Shown here in pieces: positions 48,756-59,000 of a stretch of 64,000 nucleotides of DNA. Location: positions 68,353 through 132,352 of the forward strand of contig JABJOE010000007.1 of NCBI GenBank assembly GCA_018664485.1. The letters run 5' to 3'. A model generated the notes under the pieces. The model searched no databases. It was not told the origin of the DNA and saw nothing but the letters and a program-made list of their open reading frames with translations. Made by a program: the position numbers and the translations under genes. The stretch comes from Candidatus Uhrbacteria bacterium. Its GTDB lineage: Bacteria > Patescibacteriota > Patescibacteriia > UBA9934. Position 1 is the first letter of the stretch, and every line of letters starts with the position of its first letter.

Positions 48756-49466
48756 TCAATGGCCATCAGCGATGCCGTCCATCCTTGTATCACACGGGAG
48801 GATTCCGCATGGATCTACATTTACTCCATCACGCCATGCGGTGACATGCAAATGAGAACCTAAACTTGAGCCTGAGTTGCCGATCTCTCCTATCTCCTGG
48901 CCCCTGCTAACACGCTGGCCAGCTTGAACCATGAATTCAGGATATCTCTTGGGTGAGGAGCACTCTCTGGGGTCATACATGTGACCATAGAGCAGCGTTT
49001 CGCCACCTTCATAACACCTGACTTTGACAGAGCAGCCATACCCATTCTTCCAACCGGCCAGAACCACGACTCCCGAACACGAAGAGCGGATTGAATCTCC
49101 CATATCTCCATCGATATCCAGACCCAGGTGTCTGTAGTTCTTGCGTAGTGACGCAATGATATCCACGCGACTTTCCCAATTGCGTCGGTTGCCCCAATGA
49201 GAGATGATGCGGTGACCATCCACTGGCCACACGTACGGCTCTTCACGCTCAATGCGCTCGAGGTACGCCGTGATGTGTGATTCGCGCCACTTCCTTTCAA
49301 AGGACCCGGGGTCACCAAGTGTCGCCTGCTGCCAACCCTCAAGGCTAGACAGACGCGGCACTTCATCCACGGCTTTTTGACCGGACTGATCCGTGAACCA
49401 AGGTTCACTCTGTACGTTGCCGCCCGCCAAAAACAGGAAGGCAAACAACAATGCGTAAATGCGCAC
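48756..49466 (-). CDS. secreted M23-family peptidase, a second copy (236 aa)
   Basis: Signal peptide MRIYALLFAFLFLAGG, the HxGxD motif HLGLDIDGD and the HxH motif GSHLHVTAW. GC is about 56%. Confidence 0.7.
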   Translation of the reverse strand: MRIYALLFAFLFLAGGNVQSEPWFTDQSGQKAVDEVPRLSSLEGWQQATLGDPGSFERKWRESHITAYLERIEREEPYVWPVDGHRIISHWGNRRNWESRVDIIASLRKNYRHLGLDIDGDMGDSIRSSCSGVVVLAGWKNGYGCSVKVRCYEGGETLLYGHMYDPRECSSPKRYPEFMVQAGQRVSRGQEIGEIGNSGSSLGSHLHVTAWRDGVNVDPCGILPCDTRMDGIADGH

Positions 49467-49549
49467 GTTACCCTCCTGAGGTTGTGCAGGTGCTAGTATT
49501 AGCGGTTATTCGCCCTACCAGCAAGCTACATTAATACAATACACTACTT

Positions 49550-50128
49550 TTGTCAACGATTCATACTTATGTGCTAAAATGCCTGCGTATGGGATTAATT
49601 GAGGTTATTTGCGGAGGAATGTTCTCGGGTAAAACCGAAGAATTACTACGACGGATGAAGCGAGCTCGAATCGCTCGTTTGCAGGTAGTTTTATTTAAAC
49701 CTGAAGTAGATACTCGCTATGATGTGTCGAAAGTCGTCTCACATAGCAAACTTGCAAGCGACGCCATTCCTGTAGCTAACGCCTCTCAAATACTTAAGTT
49801 TACAGACGATAGAACAGAGGTCGTAGGGATAGATGAAGCGCAGTTTTTCGGCGAAGATCTTTCCGATGTATGCAATGAGCTTGCCGATAAGGGAATGCGC
49901 GTTATCGTCGCCGGGCTTGATATGGATTTTGCCGGTAGACCATTTGGACCAATCCCCCATCTACTTGCTACAGCAGAGAAAGTCAGCAAACTTCGAGCGA
50001 TATGTACGAAGTGTGGTGATGAAGCATGCCGAAGTCAGCGACTAACAAACGAAAAAGACGTCGTTGCACTTGGTGCCGATGACGCCTATGAAGCCCGCTG
50101 CCGAAAATGCTTCACTCTGCTCGTTTAA
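49550..50128 (+). CDS. tdk: thymidine kinase
   Basis: GLIEVICGGMFSGKTEELLRR (P-loop), VVGIDEAQFF, and a C-terminal CxxC...CxxC zinc ribbon. The likely start is MGLIEV at about 49589. Confidence 0.85.
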   Translation: MSTIHTYVLKCLRMGLIEVICGGMFSGKTEELLRRMKRARIARLQVVLFKPEVDTRYDVSKVVSHSKLASDAIPVANASQILKFTDDRTEVVGIDEAQFFGEDLSDVCNELADKGMRVIVAGLDMDFAGRPFGPIPHLLATAEKVSKLRAICTKCGDEACRSQRLTNEKDVVALGADDAYEARCRKCFTLLV

Positions 50129-50871
50129 AACTTCCGAGCGCGACCAGTTATAACTCTAACTTGCCGCGGTAAACTTTCAAAAATAAATTCATTTCCCTCA
50201 AACGCCTCCCCGTCTGCTGCACCTGCAACATTTGTAGCGCTCCGAATTACAGCTCGCTTAACTGGCACCACCGTGGTGGCAATTTTTTTCGCTCCAAACC
50301 AAGAACGTTGCGGAACACGAACAACAACTTCCAAACGACCATCTGTAGGATCGGCTGCACGAACGTCATCTTCTGGCATAGCCAAATTCCGAACTACGAT
50401 CTCGCAGGCGCGGAAAGGAGAAATCGTAAAATCACGATCACACTCAATTTCTACCTTGCTAACATTTTGCATCACAACGGTATGCAGAAAACGACGGCTG
50501 TTAACCATTCCTAAATCCAGCTCTTGTAAAATTCTAGCCGATAACACATCACACGATTCAACACCTCCGGGCATTCCAATTAAGTCGGCAATCACATTAT
50601 TGTCTTTCCCAAACGGAATCATCCCGACAACAACATCGCGATCGGCAACTGCATCGATAACTTTACGCAGCGTTAAATCATTTCCAATAGCTACAATCGT
50701 TTTAGCACCCTTTCGAATCTCGTCCCGGATCAATTCCTTTGGATCACGAAAAAGCGCAAGACGAGCAATCTTGCCGGCAATCCCAAGGTCTGTAAGTCGA
50801 GTCTCTATAGCAGACAACTCCCGCTCAAACTTTGGGTCCTGAACAAATTCATCGTATACGTAATAGTACAT
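50125..50871 (-). CDS. DAGK-catalytic-domain lipid kinase family protein (YegS/BmrU-like, related to NAD kinase)
   Basis: TIVAIGNDLTLRKVIDAV...VVGMIPFGKDNNV resembles a GGDGT-type kinase motif, here degenerate. Confidence 0.5.
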   Translation of the reverse strand: MYYYVYDEFVQDPKFERELSAIETRLTDLGIAGKIARLALFRDPKELIRDEIRKGAKTIVAIGNDLTLRKVIDAVADRDVVVGMIPFGKDNNVIADLIGMPGGVESCDVLSARILQELDLGMVNSRRFLHTVVMQNVSKVEIECDRDFTISPFRACEIVVRNLAMPEDDVRAADPTDGRLEVVVRVPQRSWFGAKKIATTVVPVKRAVIRSATNVAGAADGEAFEGNEFIFESLPRQVRVITGRARKF

Positions 50872-50916
50872 GACAGAATCAAAACCGTTTACCGCTAACT
50901 ACAGGCGATCTGTAAG

Positions 50917-51291
50917 CTATTCTTTATCGTCGCTACTCTCCACCTTTGGCATCTTGACCTCTCGGCCATCCATTGTGATTTTTCCATTTACAAGTGCCCC
51001 TGCCTGTACTGATAAAACATCGGCAGTCACGTCGCCAATCATCTTTGCAGATGAAAGTAGCTCAAGACGCCCAGCTACCTGGATATTTCCTCGTACTTCA
51101 CCACCGACGACGGCATTCTGTGCCACAACATCAGCATGAATCTTAGACTCATCCCCAACCCGCAAGTCGCCAGCTATCTGAACGTTTCCAGCAACCTCTC
51201 CTTCAATAAGTACTGCCCCCTGACTTTTAAAGTCCCCCTCTACTCGCACACCACGTGCGATGATTGTTTCTTCCGCAGTTGATTTAGCCAT
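50917..51291 (-). CDS. bactofilin family cytoskeletal protein
   Basis: Repetitive beta-helical G-x-V/I motifs (VEGDFKSQGAVLIEGEVAGNVQIAGDLRVGDESKIHADVV...). Length 124 aa. Confidence 0.75.
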   Translation of the reverse strand: MAKSTAEETIIARGVRVEGDFKSQGAVLIEGEVAGNVQIAGDLRVGDESKIHADVVAQNAVVGGEVRGNIQVAGRLELLSSAKMIGDVTADVLSVQAGALVNGKITMDGREVKMPKVESSDDKE

Positions 51292-51373
51292 AAGAACGTT
51301 GTTAATTTATTGAACATCCATATTTCAGATCAGTTCAGCTTCAAGTGAAATAACCAAAATACGAATGTCCAAA

Positions 51374-53170
51374 TTACATTTCTTTTAATACATCGATTCC
51401 GAGCAGATCCATCGCTAACGTCAACACATGTGCCACGGCCTGTGCCATACCAACACGTGTTGCCATCCCATCAAGATCATCACCAATAATCTGCACTTGA
51501 TGATAGTACTCAGAAAATAGTTTTGCAGTTTCAAAAGCCCATGCAGCAACCGGTGCCACATTATAACTTGAAGCAGCGCGAGCAACTACATCTGGATACT
51601 CCGAGAGTCGTCTGATCAACTGCTGCTCCAAAGGATGATTCAACAGATCTATATTGATCTCTCCCTTAGATGACGCCTTTTCCTGTACACGCATGATTCG
51701 AGCAATAGTGTAGAGGATATACGGACCAGTAAAGCCATCAAAAGACATCGCTTCTTTGATATCAAAAGTGATAATCGATTGAGGATCCTGTCGAAGCATC
51801 ATGAACGTCATCGCAGCATGCTGCAAAACGGCAGCCGTCTGTACAACCTGCTTATCAGACCAATCTTCATGTCGAGCACGAGTCTCACCCTCCAAATACT
51901 CTCGCATGTGATCACGCAAATATGCGTAAGTCACGATATTTCCCTTTCGTGAAGACATCGTACCCTCCGGCAAATTCACCATGTCATACGAAAGATGCGT
52001 GAGCTGTTTTTTAAATCCGAGACGCTTCAATGTAGCGAACAATTGCTGGAAATAAAATGACTGACGAACATCTACAACATATAGATACCTATCAGCGTCA
52101 TACTTTTCGTCCTTTTTAAACGCGAGAGGAAGATCCTTCGTGGCATACAAAGATGACCCATCAGATTTTAGTACAAGGAACACACTGAGATCCTCAGCCT
52201 CCAAGTCTACAACGGTAGCACCCTGACTTTTGGTCGCAATTCCGTCGGTCAACATCTTCTGCACCAACTTCTTTCCAGGTTCTTCAACTTCGCTTTCAAA
52301 ATACCAAACATCTGGCTCAACATTGAGCTCTTTGAAAATTTCACGGAAAGCGTCCATGCTCCACTCTCGAGTTTCTTGCCACTTTGAATGCCATGGTTCT
52401 TCCTGTGCCTCAAGATGACGTTGAACCTGAGCAATTTCTTCTTTCGCTTCTTCATGTTCCTCCGCGTACGTCGTAGCCTCCGTGTAAATCTCTCCTAACT
52501 TCTTAGCGCGGTCCTCCTTTGCAAACTCTTCATCCTTATGAAACTTATCCAATCCCCAAAGAGCCTTCGCAACATGGGCTCCAATGTCTCCGATGTATGC
52601 TGCAAAAACAACTTCATACCCACTAGCTTTCAAAACTCTCTGAACCGCAACCGGGTAAACTGCGTTTCGAATATGACCAACGTGGAATTCTTTGTGCGTA
52701 TTAGGCTGCGCTCCCTCGATTAAAACCTTCACCCCCTCACCCACCGTACCGTTTCCATATTTCTCTCCCATCTCTGCCACCTCTCCCAAAACCGCTTTCG
52801 TAAACGTAATATCATTTAAAACAAAGTTGACGTAAGGCCCAGTAGCCACCGTTTTTTCAATCAAATCTGTTGGACCAATCTTTGCCGCAAGTTCACGGGC
52901 GATCTCAACAGGATTAGCCTTCTGCTTTTTTGCCAAAACAAAACACGGGAAAGCAATATCTCCCATGGCCGGGTTTGGAGGAAGCTCAAGGTCATCAATT
53001 CCAATATCGACCCCCTTCCCAATAGCTTTCTTAAGAGACGCTAGTGCCTCCTGTTTTGCATTATGAAAAGCGTACATATGATAAGTAGAATACATTACAA
53101 AAATAACTATCGACCTCTGTTGATCTATTTTGACTGCAACCCTGTACATGTTCGTCATCATAGATTCCAC
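51374..53170 (-). CDS. argS: arginine--tRNA ligase
   Basis: HIGH-type motif FHVGHIRNAV and a C-terminal DALK-type anticodon-binding domain. The true start is probably the internal Met at about 53077. Confidence 0.85.
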   Translation of the reverse strand: MESMMTNMYRVAVKIDQQRSIVIFVMYSTYHMYAFHNAKQEALASLKKAIGKGVDIGIDDLELPPNPAMGDIAFPCFVLAKKQKANPVEIARELAAKIGPTDLIEKTVATGPYVNFVLNDITFTKAVLGEVAEMGEKYGNGTVGEGVKVLIEGAQPNTHKEFHVGHIRNAVYPVAVQRVLKASGYEVVFAAYIGDIGAHVAKALWGLDKFHKDEEFAKEDRAKKLGEIYTEATTYAEEHEEAKEEIAQVQRHLEAQEEPWHSKWQETREWSMDAFREIFKELNVEPDVWYFESEVEEPGKKLVQKMLTDGIATKSQGATVVDLEAEDLSVFLVLKSDGSSLYATKDLPLAFKKDEKYDADRYLYVVDVRQSFYFQQLFATLKRLGFKKQLTHLSYDMVNLPEGTMSSRKGNIVTYAYLRDHMREYLEGETRARHEDWSDKQVVQTAAVLQHAAMTFMMLRQDPQSIITFDIKEAMSFDGFTGPYILYTIARIMRVQEKASSKGEINIDLLNHPLEQQLIRRLSEYPDVVARAASSYNVAPVAAWAFETAKLFSEYYHQVQIIGDDLDGMATRVGMAQAVAHVLTLAMDLLGIDVLKEM

Positions 53171-53245
53171 TATGACTCCTTACATGGCCAGAATTTCGTC
53201 CAAAATATCTTCAAAATAGCTACGATCTTATTTCTGCAATGTATC

Positions 53246-54478
53246 CTAGCGCTTATTTACTAAGCGCACAAAGTGTCTCTTCCCGCGCTGTAGAACAACG
53301 CCGTCTTTTGCGCCTACGATATTCATATCGATACCAGTTACAACAACTCCATCGATCTTTACGGCCTTCTGCTCAATCATTCGACGTGCTTCAGATTTGG
53401 ACTTAGTAAGCCCACTCTCAACTAATACGTCAACGATATTCTTCTCTGAACTTAGCACAAACTCTTCCATTTCGTCAGGCATCTTCCCTTTTTGGAATAT
53501 ATTAGCGAAATGAGCAGCAGCTGCATCGGCAGCAGAAGCATCGTATAGCTGAGCTACAACCATGTGTGCTAATTCCGCTTTTACGTCGCGAGGATTCACG
53601 CCCTGCTCCATTGCAATTCGTTTTCCATCGATCTCTTCCATCGACATGTCAGTTACCAATTCAAAGTATGGCAGAATCATGGAATCATTCATCGCCATCA
53701 ACTTCCCGTACATATCTTCAGGTACATCGCTCAAAGCAATAAACCCACCTTCAGACTTGCTCATCTTCTTACCCTCATCGTTTGTAAGAAGTTTTAATGT
53801 AAGTACAATCTTTTCCTTACCGGCCATAGACTTCATCAATGTTCGACCGGCAAGCATGTTAAACGTCTGATCAGATCCACCGATCTCAACGTCAACGTCC
53901 ATCGCAACAGAGTCATACCCCTGCATAAGCGGGTACATGAACTCATGCATGTAAATCGGCTTCCCGTCCTTAAGGCGATTCGCAAACATATCACGCTCAC
54001 TCATCTGCTGCACCGTAAAGTGTGATGCCAGTTCCACAACATCAGCAAATGACATCTTTGAAAGCCACTTATCGTTGAATTTTATTTTGACCGCATTACG
54101 TCCTGTGAATTTCAAAATCTTCGATGCCTGCTTTTTGTATGTAGCGGCATTTTCAAGAACCTGTTTCTTTGTAAGCTGAGACCGAGTAGCAGACTTATCT
54201 GTAGGGTCTCCAATCATTCCAGTGAAAGATCCAATTAACCAAATCACTTCATGCCCCATGTCCTGAAACTCCTTCAACTTTTTAAGCTGAAGAGCATGTC
54301 CGATATGTAAAAACGGAGCTGTCGGATCAAACCCAACATAAATACGCAAACGCTCACCCTTCTTAAGGCGCGCTTCGAGCATCTCACGCTTTGGGTAGAC
54401 TGTGTCCACTCCACGTGTAAGTAAATGTTCGATTTTCTCAGGGTTTATATCAGTAGCCATATTAACGTAAACTTTCAA
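53246..54478 (-). CDS. tyrS: tyrosine--tRNA ligase
   Basis: FLHIGHALQLKKL...LIGSFTGMIGDP, KMSKSEGG, and a C-terminal S4 domain. Confidence 0.9.
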   Translation of the reverse strand: MKVYVNMATDINPEKIEHLLTRGVDTVYPKREMLEARLKKGERLRIYVGFDPTAPFLHIGHALQLKKLKEFQDMGHEVIWLIGSFTGMIGDPTDKSATRSQLTKKQVLENAATYKKQASKILKFTGRNAVKIKFNDKWLSKMSFADVVELASHFTVQQMSERDMFANRLKDGKPIYMHEFMYPLMQGYDSVAMDVDVEIGGSDQTFNMLAGRTLMKSMAGKEKIVLTLKLLTNDEGKKMSKSEGGFIALSDVPEDMYGKLMAMNDSMILPYFELVTDMSMEEIDGKRIAMEQGVNPRDVKAELAHMVVAQLYDASAADAAAAHFANIFQKGKMPDEMEEFVLSSEKNIVDVLVESGLTKSKSEARRMIEQKAVKIDGVVVTGIDMNIVGAKDGVVLQRGKRHFVRLVNKR

Positions 54479-57137
54479 GCTCCTCTAATAAGATTTTTAC
54501 ACGTTCTTGCGTTTCCTCCAACTGTTGCTTGGTTTGTGTGATGACTTCCGGCGGCGCTCCAGCTACAAAACCTTTGTTTGAAAGCTTCCCTTCCAGACGT
54601 TTTGCATGTGTTTGAGCCTCATTAAGCTCACCTTCCATACGCTTAGTCTCAGCTGCTACATCAATCAAATCTGCAATCGGCACATATAGTCGTATCGAAC
54701 CTGCCATGACAGATATTGCACCCTCAGGCTTCTTGGCGTCATTATCGAATGTTAGTTCTCCAAGTTTTGCGAAGTTTGTAATGATAGACCCTTGATCTTT
54801 AAGGTCTGTTGCACCGACGACAATCACATCCAATGGCTTCGAGTACGCAATCTTATACGTAGCGCGTACATTTCGAAGAGCAGACACAACCTCGCGCAGA
54901 CGATCAAACAATGCTACGTCCATCTTGGCACCTGACTCCCGAGGCCAGCTAGCTACCATCAACATTCCCGCATCAAACTGCTTGTACAACTCTTCAGTTA
55001 CAAACGGCATGTACGGATGCCACATCTTTAATATGTTTTCCAATACGTAAAGTAGAATATCTTTCGTTGACTGATCATCCTGAACTTTCGCGATCTCCAC
55101 ATACCAGTCAGCAAATTCATTCCAAGTGAAATCTCGGAGCAACTCACCTAACAGTGAGAACTCGTGCCGCTCGTAATGGCCAGTTGCACGCACGATCACA
55201 TCATCTAGTCGTGACAGAATCCATCGGTCTGCCAATGTCTTAGGTTCAGGCGCAGTTGCGACAGATCGAACATCACCGACGGTCATAAAGACGAATCGTG
55301 AAATATTCCAAAGCTTGTTTGTGAAATTTCTATAGCTCGCAATCTTCTCTTCTGAAAGTCGTGAGTCATTACCAGGCGTTGCACCAATCAAAAGTGAAAG
55401 TCGCGTTGCGTCAGCCCCGTACTTTGAAATCATGTCGAGCGGGTTGATAATATTTCCAAGTGACTTGGACATCTTGCGACCTTTTTCATCTCGAACCAGC
55501 CCGTGCAAGTACACCGTCTCAAACGGAACCTCACCAAGGTGATAAGTAGACATCAAAATCATTCGCGCAACCCAGAAAAACAAAATGTCATATCCGGTCT
55601 CCAAAACCTGAGTCGGATGATAGGCGCGCAAATCTGACGCACCTTCATTTGGCCAATCAAGTGTTGCGAATGTCCAAAGGCCAGTGCAGAACCAAGTATC
55701 GAGTGTGTCAGAATCCTGCTCCCATCCATCACCTTCCGGTAATTCACCTACCGACAACTCCTCACCCTTGTACCAAACAGGAATGCGGTGACCGAACCAA
55801 ATCTGTCGTGAAATATTCCAGTCGCGCAAGTTATCAATCCAATGGAAATACGTCTTTACAAATCGTTCTGGCAAAATATCGATCTGTTTTGCGCGAACTA
55901 CATGCTGCATCAAAGACTTGAGCGTAACCGTCTGCCCATCTGAAAGACCTTCGATCGGATGTTCCTTAGACTGCTTGTACGCAAACTCTTTGTTCACATC
56001 AATGAACCACTGAGTCTTTGGTAGAGGTTCGACAATATCTTTAAAACGATCAGAAGTTCCTACATTTTGAACAACGTCCTCCTCACCGCTTACCAACTCC
56101 TGCTCGGAAAGCCAGGCGATCAATTTCTTCTTTGCTTCTTTAGTTGTAAGACCCGCATATTCTGATCCAGCCTCTTGTGTCATCAACCCGTCTTCACCGA
56201 TCACTTGCTTGATACCAATATCGTTCCCCAAAGCCTTCTGCTTCTGGTACATCTCAAAGTCAATCGGAGAGTGTGCCGTCGTTACACCAAGTGCACCGGT
56301 TCCAAACGTATCATCAACATGCTCATCTCCAAAAACCTTCAGAGTAAGCGTGTGACCCTCTTGTCCAAAATTCTCAACTACAAATTCCTTGCCAATATAT
56401 TCCTTCCAACGACCTTCTGGATGAACGGCAATGGCGGTGTCCCCAAGTTTAGTTTCAGGACGCGTTGTCGCAATTGCGATCGGTACGTCCTTACTATATT
56501 GAAAAGTATAAAGTTTTGCTGATCGGTCAACGTAAACCAACTCGTCGTCGCTACATGTAGACTGCCCTTTTACAGACCAGTTGATTACTCGATAGCCACG
56601 ATATATCAGCCCATCTTCGTACATGCGTTTGAAAGCCGTACTCACAGACTTCTGTCGCTGATCATCTAAGGTATAAGCTTCACGGTCCCAATCAAGCGAT
56701 GCCCCCATCTTCTTTGTTTGGTTGATGATAGTATCGTGGCTCTCTTTTGCAAATTTATTTACGCGCTTCAAAAATTCCTCACGGCCAAGTTCTTCTTTAG
56801 GCTTCTCCATCCCCTCATCCTCTATAAGCATTTTTTCAACCTTGCTCTCTGTTGCAACGGCTGCCGAGTCTGTACCCGGAACCCAAAGTGCCTTCTTGCC
56901 CGCCATTCGAGCGAAACGAATCATCGCATCTTGAATAGCTAACATCACGGCATGACCCATGTGGAGCGTTCCCGTTACGTTTGGTGGTGGAAGTGAAATC
57001 GTAAAAGATTCTGTACGATTCTCAAAATCAGGGAGATTCTCTGGCGCAAAATACCCGCTATCCATCCAAGCAGCGTAAATATCATCCTCAACGCCGTTTG
57101 AATCGTAGGTTTTTGGCAGTGAAAGAGGGTCATTCAT
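54462..57137 (-). CDS. valS: valine--tRNA ligase
   Basis: PPPNVTGTLHMGHAV, KMSKSLGN, and a C-terminal coiled-coil. Length 891 aa. Confidence 0.9.
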   Translation of the reverse strand: MNDPLSLPKTYDSNGVEDDIYAAWMDSGYFAPENLPDFENRTESFTISLPPPNVTGTLHMGHAVMLAIQDAMIRFARMAGKKALWVPGTDSAAVATESKVEKMLIEDEGMEKPKEELGREEFLKRVNKFAKESHDTIINQTKKMGASLDWDREAYTLDDQRQKSVSTAFKRMYEDGLIYRGYRVINWSVKGQSTCSDDELVYVDRSAKLYTFQYSKDVPIAIATTRPETKLGDTAIAVHPEGRWKEYIGKEFVVENFGQEGHTLTLKVFGDEHVDDTFGTGALGVTTAHSPIDFEMYQKQKALGNDIGIKQVIGEDGLMTQEAGSEYAGLTTKEAKKKLIAWLSEQELVSGEEDVVQNVGTSDRFKDIVEPLPKTQWFIDVNKEFAYKQSKEHPIEGLSDGQTVTLKSLMQHVVRAKQIDILPERFVKTYFHWIDNLRDWNISRQIWFGHRIPVWYKGEELSVGELPEGDGWEQDSDTLDTWFCTGLWTFATLDWPNEGASDLRAYHPTQVLETGYDILFFWVARMILMSTYHLGEVPFETVYLHGLVRDEKGRKMSKSLGNIINPLDMISKYGADATRLSLLIGATPGNDSRLSEEKIASYRNFTNKLWNISRFVFMTVGDVRSVATAPEPKTLADRWILSRLDDVIVRATGHYERHEFSLLGELLRDFTWNEFADWYVEIAKVQDDQSTKDILLYVLENILKMWHPYMPFVTEELYKQFDAGMLMVASWPRESGAKMDVALFDRLREVVSALRNVRATYKIAYSKPLDVIVVGATDLKDQGSIITNFAKLGELTFDNDAKKPEGAISVMAGSIRLYVPIADLIDVAAETKRMEGELNEAQTHAKRLEGKLSNKGFVAGAPPEVITQTKQQLEETQERVKILLEELESLR

Positions 57138-57485
57138 ACGGAGGCAGTCTAGCCTAAAAACAGGGGAAAATCAAAGTATTTCCTCACTTATACGTGCAAA
57201 CAAGCGCTCACAGCCTATAATAAGGAGAAAATGTCGCATCGAGCCTTTAAAAATAGCTTTGTTTGCAGGGCGGTCCAACATTGACACCTTCTATGTGCTG
57301 CTGTAAGCTACTTTCTTCCCCATGCTAAGGACAGAGTCACCCAGTTGGCGCCCTTTTGGCTCACGAGAGCCTGTCGACTAGTCTACGTACAATTAGTACG
57401 TTTCCGGCGGCGACATCCCGTTTACCAAAATTGCATCCATCTGAGAGATTCTGTATGAGAGATTTTTCCAAAAATTAACCTTCGC

Positions 57486-58634
57486 ATGGCATATTCCACG
57501 CACGAACAATTTCTAACAATGCTCGAGAGGTCCAAGCGGCCGCTTATTCTTGTGGGTGCGAATGCTAACGTTGATGATTTTTCAAGCGCGTTTGGTGTTG
57601 CTTCTTTGCTATCTAAACTTGCAAAGCCTGTAGAGATCGTGACAAGTGGAGGGACGGCGCCAAAGGCAATCTCTTTTTTGAAGGCTCCAGCTGCAATCCG
57701 TGGTGACATTCAGAACATTGCAAAGCTCACCCTCAAGGTAAAGCTCGATCGCGCAGCACTTGATGAACTTTCCTACCACAAAGATGACGACGCACAGGAG
57801 CTTCACATCCACCTCCTTCCAAAGCAAGGCCACTGGAAGCCTGAGGACATTACAATCGAAACCCAAAGCTATAAATATGACCTACTGATTTGTATCGGTG
57901 GATCAGATTTAGAGCAGTTTGGAGAGATTTATAATAGCTACCAGGACTTTTTCTTTAAGACTCCCATAATCAACATCGACCACAGTGGGAAAAACGAACA
58001 TTATGGTCAAGCTAACGTCGTCGACATGAGCGCCGTTGCTTGTGCCGAAGTTTGCTACGACCTTTTCCGACAAATCGACGAAACTTTGATAGATGAAGAG
58101 GTTGCTACCTACTTTTTAACCGGAATGATCCACAAGACACGCAGTTTTAGATCTGAAAACATAACCCCTAAAACACTGAAGGTTGCCGGCGACCTTATTG
58201 CTCGCGGAGCACGACGAGATGAGATCGTGGCGCGCCTTTATAAGACCCGATCTGTCGAAACGCTTCGACTATGGGGACGTGCACTTGCTCGACTGAAGTC
58301 TGATCCAAAAGCAAAAATGGTTTGGACGCTTTTGACACGCCAAGATTTTACAAACGCCGGAACTGACGAGACAGCTTTGGAAAATATTGTAGAAGAATTG
58401 CTAATGAGCGCCCCTGACGCCAACGTAGCTGCTATTTTCTATGAGCATCCTGATAAAATGATTTGCGTTAAGCTCCACGCGCGCCGACCGCATGACGCCC
58501 TCCACCTTGGAGCGCCGTTTCGTGCTGCGGGCACACGTGAAGAAGCTCTACTTCGATTACGTGAAAACGACATCGTGAAGGCTGAGAAAAAAGTCATCAC
58601 ACACATCAAAGACCAACTCACCACCCACGCCTAG
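57486..58634 (+). CDS. DHH/DHHA1-like phosphoesterase (NrnA-like) with degenerate catalytic motifs
   Basis: The domain order and spacing resemble NrnA (VGANANVDDF..., DLLICIGGSD, IDHSGKNEH). The canonical DHH and GGGH motifs are altered. Confidence 0.4.
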   Translation: MAYSTHEQFLTMLERSKRPLILVGANANVDDFSSAFGVASLLSKLAKPVEIVTSGGTAPKAISFLKAPAAIRGDIQNIAKLTLKVKLDRAALDELSYHKDDDAQELHIHLLPKQGHWKPEDITIETQSYKYDLLICIGGSDLEQFGEIYNSYQDFFFKTPIINIDHSGKNEHYGQANVVDMSAVACAEVCYDLFRQIDETLIDEEVATYFLTGMIHKTRSFRSENITPKTLKVAGDLIARGARRDEIVARLYKTRSVETLRLWGRALARLKSDPKAKMVWTLLTRQDFTNAGTDETALENIVEELLMSAPDANVAAIFYEHPDKMICVKLHARRPHDALHLGAPFRAAGTREEALLRLRENDIVKAEKKVITHIKDQLTTHA

Positions 58635-58640
58635 GAGCGT

Positions 58641-58991
58641 TTGATGCAAGATATACTCGATAGGGCCCGCGCGGCCGTCGAATTCCTGAGAGACCCTCAA
58701 CAGAGCTGGATTCAGGGATGCGAACGTGCCGCTAATCTTATGGAATCTACGCTAAATGAGGAGAACATTGGGATCCTATCCGATCAACAAGGAGTGCTTA
58801 AAAGAAGGGGCATGCGACAAGAAGATGAATATTTCCACGTTGATACACTGATCAACCTGCGTACTATCATGATGTACATGTTGCATCAAATAGCCATTTG
58901 CGGCGAAACGAAACGACTCCGTTGGCGCAACGTAGCCTTCATCATCGAAGATGGCGCCCTCCGCGCCGAGCAACTCACTACCCAAGAATAA
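58641..58991 (+). CDS. small hypothetical protein, tandem paralogue A (116 aa)
   Basis: It shares its N-terminal (AVEFLRDPQQSWIQGCERAA) and C-terminal (RLRWRNVAFIIEDGALRAEQL) regions with the next ORF. Confidence 0.45.
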   Translation: MMQDILDRARAAVEFLRDPQQSWIQGCERAANLMESTLNEENIGILSDQQGVLKRRGMRQEDEYFHVDTLINLRTIMMYMLHQIAICGETKRLRWRNVAFIIEDGALRAEQLTTQE

Positions 58992-59000
58992 GGGGGCCAA

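Noticed and set aside
53246-54478. 17-bp overlap between tyrS and valS
   Set aside because: It is probably an artefact of the ORF caller choosing the longest start. An internal Met (MATDINPEK) is the more plausible tyrS start.
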